This document shows positions 56,110 through 64,000 of a stretch of 64,000 nucleotides of DNA, one piece after another. The position numbers were made by a program, and so were the translations under genes. The notes under the pieces were generated by a model. It was not told the origin of the DNA and ran no database searches. It saw nothing but the letters and a program-made list of their open reading frames with translations. Numbering within the stretch: position 1 is the first letter of the stretch; each line of letters starts with the position of its first letter. Source of the stretch: Neophaeotheca triangularis (taxonomy: Eukaryota); the NCBI GenBank assembly GCA_054600435.1, contig BAAIJX010000019.1:1-64000 (forward strand), written 5' to 3'.

Positions 56110-57410
56110 ATGTGGAGGGTGGTGCGGTGGCTGCATGGGCTTCTTGGGGACTTACTCGGTTGGGACCTTTTGTGTGGGCTGGGCTTAATTCGTGGTGGAC
56201 ATTCATCTGTATGGACAGGGAAGGTGGTTGGAGGTTCGATTCCCCCATGCCCTTACACAACGTCGCTTGTGAGAGAAAGGACGATGGAGCACCACCGTGG
56301 CTATTGTGCGGCAGCTCGAAAGGGAACCATTAGGCTGGTAAGGGGTGCTTGTCGGCTGAGTCCATCATCATCAGAAATGTCACAGGACGATGTTTGATGC
56401 AGACACCGTCAAAAGCGGTAGATGAGAATGGGAATGAGAATGATCGTGAGGCTTTGGTTTAATTTTCAAATGGACAATTTGCCTCCGGTCCAATGAAACT
56501 GACGGCCAAGCGAAATGCATACCTTTCGCAGCAGACTCAATTTCTACGTGACGATTGCGATTTACTACAGACTCAGACAGCTGAATGGAAAGATTTATCT
56601 TGAAGCCTGCCGTTCCAAAGCAACGTCTTCGGTGGACCAACTTTCCAGCTTTCGTTGGAAGGGCTGATGGGTGGGCAGCATGGCTAGGGAGATTGCTAGA
56701 TGTGCTTGACGAGAATTTGCAACACTTGCTACGCCTAACGGAAGTGTGCCTGGTGGAGCGTAACGGCGATGTCCTACAAGTCGACTTTGTCGATGAAAGG
56801 TCTCATGCATGAAGCTGTTGCCGTCTTCGAGAATGGTGAACAATGACAATGTTGCATTAAGAGCATGTATATTGTCATGTGTTATAGCGAACGTGTTCTA
56901 CTATTTCATACTGTCGCGTGACATGAATGAATGGATAGCAGTAGGTGAAGTAGATCGCAAGGTGAGGTGAAGTCGTTCGTTCAAAGCCGCCTACGCCAGC
57001 CTCCTGCAACCTCAAGCTCGGACCAAAAGTCGTCTCGGCTAATCACCGGCTGAACTCTGGACTTGGTCGCTTCCGCAGCGTGGGAAGGCGCAACAGCGTC
57101 GGACAACATCAAGGGCAGCTTTGCAGCAAGGAAAAGGTACCCAAGTACATCAAGTACATCCTCCATTGAAAGATACCCACCCTTCCACCACCAATCTCAT
57201 CTCACAACCCCTTCAACACCGCCTGAAGAAGGCCTACCACCACCCAACGACCTCCCACCGACACCGACAAGCGCGCTACCGCCCCCCCCCAATTCCTCAC
57301 CCCACCAACGTCTTTCCACCTCTACCAGTAGGAAACACAAGGCTCCCCGATCCCGATAGACGGTCTCTACTCTTCTCAGACCCATCCATTGACACAGTGA
57401 AGTCGTAAAC

Positions 57411-58556
57411 ATGGAAGCCGCCGCGCTCAAGGCGCCGGTACCAGGGGACACGGATATGATGGACGCCGGCAAGGTAGAGCACACACTGGGTCAGGTCGCT
57501 GTGGAGCCGCCCTCGATACCCACACTCGATGGCTGGATCGAAAACCTCATGGCCTGCAAGCAACTGTCCGAGAGCGACGTCCAGCGCTTGTGCGAGAAGG
57601 CGCGGGAAGTGCTGCAAGACGAGAGCAACGTACAGCCGGTCAAGTGCCCCGTGACTGTCTGCGGTGATATCCACGGCCAGTTCCACGACCTTATGGAGCT
57701 TTTCAAGATTGGCGGACCTAACCCCGACACCAACTACCTCTTCATGGGCGACTACGTAGACCGCGGCTACTTCTCCGTGGAAACTGTCACTCTGCTCGTG
57801 GCACTCAAGATCCGCTACCCGCAACGCATCACCATCCTGCGCGGCAACCACGAGTCCCGACAGATCACGCAGGTCTACGGCTTCTACGACGAGTGCTTGC
57901 GCAAGTACGGCAACGCCAATGTGTGGAAGTACTTCACCGACTTGTTCGATTTCCTGCCCCTCACCGCACTTATCGACAACCAGATCTTCTGTCTTCACGG
58001 TGGTCTCTCGCCGTCCATTGACACTCTCGATAACATTCGCGCGCTCGATAGAATACAGGAGGTGCCGCACGAAGGACCCATGTGTGACTTGCTCTGGAGT
58101 GACCCGGATGATAGGTGTGGGTGGGGTATCAGCCCTCGAGGCGCGGGTTACACGTTTGGGCAAGATATCAGTGAGGCCTTCAACCACAACAACGGGCTCA
58201 CTTTGGTGGCCAGAGCGCATCAGCTAGTCATGGAGGGGTACAATTGGAGCCAGGACCGGAATGTGGTTACCATCTTCTCTGGTAGGTTCAGCAGTGGTAC
58301 TGCACTTATTAAGGCGTCAAGTGCTAACACAGTAATCCACAGCGCCAAACTACTGCTACCGCTGCGGCAACCAAGCAGCCATTATGGAAATCGACGAGCA
58401 CCTCAAGTACACCTTGTGCGTCACGCTAGGCCCCAGCCTTCACAATTTCACAAAACCGCGAGCTAACAAAGCCTCCTCTACAGCCTACAATTTGACCCCT
58501 GCCCCCGAGCCGGCGAGCCCATGGTCTCACGCAGAACACCCGACTACTTCTTGTAG
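57411..58556 (+). CDS. PPH21: Ser/Thr protein phosphatase 2A catalytic subunit; introns 58282-58342 and 58416-58483
   Basis: Motifs GDIHG, GDYVDRG and GNHE; spliced [11 protein letters not shown]; canonical C-terminus RRTPDYFL*. Confidence 0.97.
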
Positions 58557-58888
58557 AAGGGGAAGAGCGATGGCCAATGAACGAACAAGGAACAAAACGA
58601 GACTTCGCTTCTATAATGCTGCTGCCAGCTGCCGCTTTCTCATTGTTCACGACCCCGATCATGAGCGAAGGTGTGATAGATTTCTACTGCAATGCTTGTA
58701 CCGCGACTCATGCAGACTGGCTGCAATGGATGACAAAGCTTGGAGCGTGAGAGTTCAAACTCTAGAAGAGAATACCATGGAATGGGTGCAAGTAGGAGTA
58801 GAAAAGTCACGTAGCATGCATTGCAGCCCTGCTGGGCTTCTTCCAGATCGAAAATGCGCTTCATACAAGTACAGCGCTACATGCAAAT

Positions 58889-60037
58889 TCACCGCTTCGT
58901 CCGCTTCTTCTTCTTGCGCTTCTTCTTCGTCGTCTTGGGGCCCGCGGGCCTCGCCTCCTCTTCATCCCCACTCCCATCCCCACTCCCATCCTCACCCTCC
59001 AACCCCTCAACCTCATCCTCACTCTCCCCGTCTTCCACCTCTCTCCCACCCATACCCTTCCCCTTCCCCCTCTCCCTCCTCCCCCCGAATCTCCTCCTTA
59101 CCTCCTCCTCAAACCCCCCCTTCTCCTTCCGCCAAAGCCCCATCGCCGCCCTCGCATCCTCCAAACTACTATGCTCGCCCCTCTGAAACCCCTCCCAGCC
59201 CAACTCCCTCTCAACAAGCACCCTCAACGCCGGCGGCTTGCCTTTACTCTCAACCCTAAACCCGGCATACCGGCTCGTGTCCCTAATATCCCGTGCCGGA
59301 TGCCCGAGCATCAAAACTCTCAAATCGTTCCGCAGAGCATGGCCCACGAGGACACGACCTTGCAGCAGATCTGCGATTTGCTCCTGGACTTCCGGAAACG
59401 GGCGCGCGACTCCCGGTCGGAGGTGGGAGGGTTTGATTCCCGAGACGAAGGTCCGGTAGTCTGTGATTTTTTCGTTTTGCGGCGGGAGCACGTACGAGTC
59501 GTAGATTTGTTGGCCGTGGTAGTTTACCACTGAGGCTCGGGCGAGGAGGGAGTCGCTGTGGGGTGGGGGGCCGGTTCCGACCATTTCGCAGTCGAGGGAG
59601 AGGTATTTGCCGGGTTTGTTGGTCGGGTGCAGGCCGCTGTTGGGGGTGTCGGGGATGGATGGGTGGTGGGGGAGGGTTGTGGGAAGTGTTGGCGGCGGGG
59701 AGAGGGGTGGTGGTGGTGCTGGAGAAGTGTCGTTTGCGGTTGAGGTGTCGGGGTGGTGTGTTGGGTGCGAGGGTGTGAGACCCATGGTGCGTGGTCGCTT
59801 TTTCTTCAAAGGTACAGCGTTGGTGGAGGTTGCGGTTGGTTGTTGGCGTCTTGGTGCCTTTCGCTGGTCATGCTGTTTCCCGGCTACGCTGCTCTCGCTC
59901 TGTCTCTTGCGCTTCTGGCCATTGCTCGCGCCGGTATTTTGCGAGGGCTTCTGCGTGGTCTCTTTTGGCTGGCTGTGAAGCTTTTCTTGGAGTTTCTTCC
60001 AGTTGCTCGACAGGTGCTCTAAGTCCAGGCCTGGCAT
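58889..60037 (-). CDS. REX4: RNA exonuclease 4 (DEDDh)
   Basis: LSSNWKKLQ N-terminus, YLSLDCEMVG, LARASVVN, TDYRTFVSGI, LVGHALRNDL, IRDTS and GEHSSLEDARAAM; basic NLS-like tail. Confidence 0.95.
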   Translation of the reverse strand: MPGLDLEHLSSNWKKLQEKLHSQPKETTQKPSQNTGASNGQKRKRQSESSVAGKQHDQRKAPRRQQPTATSTNAVPLKKKRPRTMGLTPSHPTHHPDTSTANDTSPAPPPPLSPPPTLPTTLPHHPSIPDTPNSGLHPTNKPGKYLSLDCEMVGTGPPPHSDSLLARASVVNYHGQQIYDSYVLPPQNEKITDYRTFVSGIKPSHLRPGVARPFPEVQEQIADLLQGRVLVGHALRNDLRVLMLGHPARDIRDTSRYAGFRVESKGKPPALRVLVERELGWEGFQRGEHSSLEDARAAMGLWRKEKGGFEEEVRRRFGGRRERGKGKGMGGREVEDGESEDEVEGLEGEDGSGDGSGDEEEARPAGPKTTKKKRKKKKRTKR

Positions 60038-60290
60038 TCTTTCGGATCGCCTATGAGATTGCCCGCGAGGTCATATTGTCTCACGCAGTGAATGAGCTGT
60101 TGCAGGTGATTTGAGAGGTTGTCGAGACCTCAGGCTTGGAGTCGACTTTTTGACGCACGGACCAGGCTGAACTTCACGAGCTGTGACTTCGCCGTCGCAA
60201 AGATTCGTGACCGCGACGACGACGTCGATAACTCATCGTCGGACACCAGCGAGTCGGCCACAACTCCTCAACTTTTGAGAGTCCATCAAT

Positions 60291-62143
60291 ATGGCGCCGC
60301 GAGACAATACCAAAGACGGCGCGGGAGGTGGCGACGACCCAAAGCCTGACACTGGGATTCTGACTGATGTCGCGCAACTCGGGTATGTTGGCCATGCTCT
60401 ATGCTCAATATCGAGTTCAAGGAGGACTATTGCTGACTTCTCTTGCAGTATTGGCATGAAACCTATGGTCGTTAAGGTACGTTGACGTGAGACAAGCCAC
60501 CCAGCCCATGGCTTCGAGAACACTGTTCCACTACGATAGCGATGCGCCACGATCAATACATTTTCCACGAAATAAAACATAATTGGTCAGAGTGCTCTAG
60601 AGGCTATACTAACGTATTCACAGGATGGAGAGATTCGCAAAGCAGAAATCCTGTCCCTCCAAACAAGGGCAGGCCAACAAAAGTTCTACGTTCATTACGA
60701 GGAGTTCAACAAACGTCTGGACGAGTGGATACCAGCCGATCGAATAGTTCTTTCTGAGCCTGTCGAATATCCCATCCCAGAAAAGCCGGACGCCAAAAGC
60801 AAACAGAAAACTGCCCAATCCAAAAACCAGCCGCAATCGAAAACAGACTCCAAGCAGCAATCGAAGAATGTCAAGCGCCCTCGCTCAGGCACGAACACTC
60901 GCGACTCTACAGTACCTCCTCTTGACCGTTCTAAATCTCAAGGTGGTAAAGAGAACAAAGATCCTTCTGTCACAGTCGCCACTGAAGATATCGACGGCAC
61001 GCCGCAGCCTGACGACGAGAACACGATCGACTTGGTTGACATGCAAGCCGCTGCTGTAGCAGGGAAAGCAGCCACCGATCATGAGCCCTACTCCCGCGAA
61101 GAAGAGATAGAAAAGCTTCGTACCGGGGGCAGCATGACCCAAAACCAGTCAGAGATCTCACGCGTACGAAACCTGGAGAAAATCCAAATGGGCATGCACG
61201 AGATGGAACCCTGGTACTTCTCCCCTTACCCGGCCGAGTTCGCCTCTGCCGAAACCGTCTATATCGACCCTTTCTGTCTCGGTTACTTCGACAACAAAAC
61301 CCAATTTTACCGACACCGCGCTAAATGCCAGCTCCAACACCCTCCCGGCAACGAAATCTACCGCGACGACAGCGTCTCTTTCTTCGAAATCGACGGTCGC
61401 CGCCAGCGCACCTGGTGTCGTAATCTTTGCTTACTGAGCAAACTCTTCCTCGACCACAAAACCGTCTACTATGACGTCGACCCCTTTCTCTTCTACTGCA
61501 TGACTGTCCAAGACAACTACGGCCACCACCTCGTAGGCTACTTCAGCAAAGAAAAGGAATCCGCCGAGGGCTTCAACGTCGCTTGCATTCTCACGCTCCC
61601 TCAATACCAGCGCAAAGGTTACGGAAGACTGCTCATCCAGTTCTCCTACGAACTCTCCAAGATCGAGGGCAAGCTAGGGTCTCCAGAGAAACCGCTCTCG
61701 GATCTTGGTCTTTTGGGCTATCGCGCTTACTGGCAGGAGGTAATTGTCGATCTCGTGATGCAAGCCCTTAACGGCGGCACCAGCATCAGCATCGAGGAGA
61801 TTGGTCTCAACCTCGCCATGACTACCACGGATGTCACGAACACGCTGCAATTGCTGAATATGCTGCGCTACCATGTAAGTATTTCGCCCACACCTCTCGC
61901 CAATTTTCATCTTGATCTCCTTCCCCCGTCGACTCCAATGAGAAGCCAGACCTGCTGACGTCCTCGCTCCTTCCCATACAGCACAAAGAACACGTTATCG
62001 TCCTTCCCAAGGCCGTCAAAGCCGCTCACGAAGCGCAAGTGGAGAAGCAAAAGACAAAGCCCAAGCGTGAAATCGATCCCATTAGGCTCAAGGATTGGAA
62101 ACCGCCCGTTTTCACGGCGAGTAGCAGAACGTGGAATTGGTAA
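60291..62143 (+). CDS. ESA1: NuA4 MYST histone acetyltransferase Esa1; introns 60383-60448, 60477-60623, 61875-61981
   Basis: Tudor-knot [26 protein letters not shown] motifs [45 protein letters not shown] and [11 protein letters not shown]; spliced end [15 protein letters not shown]. Confidence 0.96.
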
Positions 62144-63282
62144 GCGGGGGATGCAGTTTTCGTTGCCATGGGACGCGGGAAGGATCTGCGGTATGAAACT
62201 CCTTTTTTTACGTAGGCGTTTCGCTTCAGGAAGCATTTGGCGTTGAGGTTGGAGAGTGATAGATACCCCTTACCGGGCCTAGCGGAGGGTGTCGCCCCCG
62301 CGCCTGTTTATCAATTGGTCAAGCTACCGTTCCTCTCCCAAATGTCTCCAGGCTGTAGCCGAGAAGGATCACTACGGACTTCCCCTCTCCTCTACGGGAC
62401 CAGTGGAGCCGTAAAACACTCGGGATCTACAGCAGCACGTGCGACTTGGAAACCTTCCCCCGTTGCTGACAGAGTATTGCCACACAACAAGCGAGCTCCC
62501 GAACGTCAGGAAGCTCTCACCCCTCCCTGCTATTGGTCCAAGTAGTTTCGACAGGCGTCGCCGACTCCCGGCTGGCTCTCAATTCCATCGGTTCTATCCA
62601 ACTAACAAGGTTAAAGTATCTCTCTGACTTGACTGACTCGAGCGAAGCGGACTCCACTCGACACTCGTCCCTCGACCGGCCTCGAACGAGGGACTTGGCT
62701 TTGGAGGAACGCGGGACGAAGGTAGGGTCAAGCAAACGGACAAGGGCAGCTAGCCGGTAGCTAAGCCGTATAGCTAGTGGTCAAGGTAATAAGGCGCCCG
62801 TACTTACTATACGTGGAAAATATAGGCCGGCTCGCTGCGACGGGACATGTTGGGCCGAGGGCACGGCTTGAGCTGGGTAGTGGGCCCTGGGCCCTAATGG
62901 TACTATACGACTCGATGCTCTAGAAGGGTCCTAAAGGCCCTCTACTCGTGGTCTACTCGTGGTCCTCTCGCACGCTCGTGTCGACCCCGGGTTTTGACTG
63001 GGTCTCCGTTGTGGGATGGCATGTGGAGGAGGCGGGGAAGCTTAAATTTGGACTAGCAGGGCTGGTCACGGCTGGTGTCGAAGCCAATGGTCGGGCAATG
63101 ATGCCGGACGTACTACATACCTTGGTAGTATAGTACCTCACTAGCTACCTAAGTAGTGGTAGTACGCGACCACACCTGACGCCGCATCACTGCATCAAGC
63201 TTGAAACATCGGAGATGGCTATTGGAGACATATAACCTTGGAAGTTTGGCATGTCCGCTAAGCTCAATATGGTGCGGCGTGT

Positions 63283-63284
63283 AG

Positions 63285-63320
<36 letters not shown>
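63283..63320 (+). repeat. (GTA)n microsatellite directly upstream of the TATA box
   Basis: About 12 GTA/TAG units. Confidence 0.95.
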
Positions 63321-63321
<1 letters not shown>

Positions 63322-63331
63322 GAGGTAAAGA

Positions 63332-63337
63332 TATAAA
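63332..63337 (+). promoter_or_regulatory. TATA box (TATAAA) of the sugar permease gene
   Basis: Consensus TATAAA 136 nt before the ATG, followed by a C/T-rich leader. Confidence 0.6.
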
Positions 63338-63467
63338 TGCATATGCCCACCCCAGCCTCGCGCCCGCATACACCTCCCACTCGTCGCCCGCCTGGTGCTT
63401 CTTCGCATCGATTTCTCTATCCTCCCACCGCCATTGCTCGCCTGTACTCAGGTAGCCTTCCGTCACA

Positions 63468-64000
63468 ATGAGCCACGCCGGCGTCAACCCAGAGGTCAAG
63501 GCCCATGTCGACACCAACGAGCACACATACGATATCGACGAGAAGACCCGAGTGGCCGACATCAAGGCCGATGCCATCGAGGCTGAGAATGCTGAGCACA
63601 GACTCGGCGTGATCGATGCCGTCAAGGCCTACCCTATGGCCTCGCTCTGGGCCTTCATCATGTCCTGCACCATCGTAAGCTTTGGCTGTTCTTTGTGTCT
63701 TTGTGTCTCGTGTTGCTGACGAGCATCGATTCAGATCATGGAGTCGTACTGCGTCTTTTTAATGGGCGCTTTCGTCGCTCTTCCTGCCTTCGAGGATGAT
63801 TTCGGTATTTTCCACGAGGGCGACCAACGAATGGTCATCGAAACAAAATGGCAGTCTGCCCTCCAAATGGGCGGACCCGTCGGCGCAATCATAGGCGTCG
63901 TCCTGTCCGGACCGCTCACGAGTCGCATCGGATACCGATGGTCTGTCATTGTCGCTCTCATGGCCCTGAACGCCTTCATTTTTGTCTTTTACTTTGCCAA
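63468..64000 (+). CDS. Sugar porter, maltose/alpha-glucoside:H+ symporter type (5' partial); intron 63675-63734
   Basis: AIEAENAEHRLGVIDAVKAYPMASLWAFIMSCTI|IMESYCVFLMGAFVALPAF..FG..KWQSALQMGGPVGAIIG..LTSRIGYRW; runs off the window end. Confidence 0.88.

Noticed and set aside
56585..56812. 75-aa ORF between Hikeshi and PP2A
   Set aside because: Somewhat protein-like, but short, with no motif or splice support; left uncalled.
57297..58220. 307-aa antisense ORF opposite PP2A (similarly 53629-54489, 49393-50157, 5145-5780)
   Set aside because: Shadow or alternative-frame ORFs expected from strong codon bias in conserved genes; no recognisable motifs.
58384..59259. 291-aa Pro/Ser-rich ORF
   Set aside because: Composite of a PP2A exon, intron, 3' UTR and the C-rich antisense of the REX4 3' end.
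4114..62143. Stop-codon readthrough to cryptic peroxisomal signals
   Set aside because: None of the stops I checked (thioredoxin, MATE, DUF4385, CFA, ERG8, dynein, Nudix, RPB8, Hikeshi) has the TGA-CTA readthrough context.

Overview
Gene-dense window of a filamentous ascomycete nuclear genome. It has GT-AG introns of about 50-150 nt with CTAAC/CTGAC branch points. A Dothideomycete origin is my impression only. I can support 23 protein-coding genes, mostly housekeeping: a NirA/NIT-4-type Zn2Cys6 factor, thioredoxin, MATE transporter, DUF4385 protein, RNase H2 subunit C, CFA-synthase-family methyltransferase, a 54-aa spliced SMP/LEA-like protein missed by the ORF track, a small Cys/His-rich protein, ModF/YDR061W-like ABC ATPase, MCH1-like MFS transporter, Rad5/16-type SNF2-RING ATPase, CYA-5/Pet309 PPR protein, ERG8, UBL3/MUB, UMP1, a DUF7053-like protein, cytoplasmic dynein heavy chain (single 4318-aa ORF), a Nudix hydrolase, RPB8, Hikeshi/OPI10, PP2A catalytic subunit, REX4 and ESA1. 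The window ends in the 5' part of an additional maltose/alpha-glucoside permease gene. Intron boundaries were traced by hand. I see no prokaryotic-type system, intact transposon or secondary-metabolite cluster, and no clear new multi-gene system. The best leads are regulatory or structural: a two-start thioredoxin (mitochondrial plus cytosolic), a uORF/hairpin/weak start on the PPR gene, an ABC ATPase with one coherently degenerate composite site, a TpA-rich SNF2 locus with an 889-nt ATG-free leader, a recurrent C-to-G/T synonymous switch inside genes, and a tRNA-like relic with a perfect B box.
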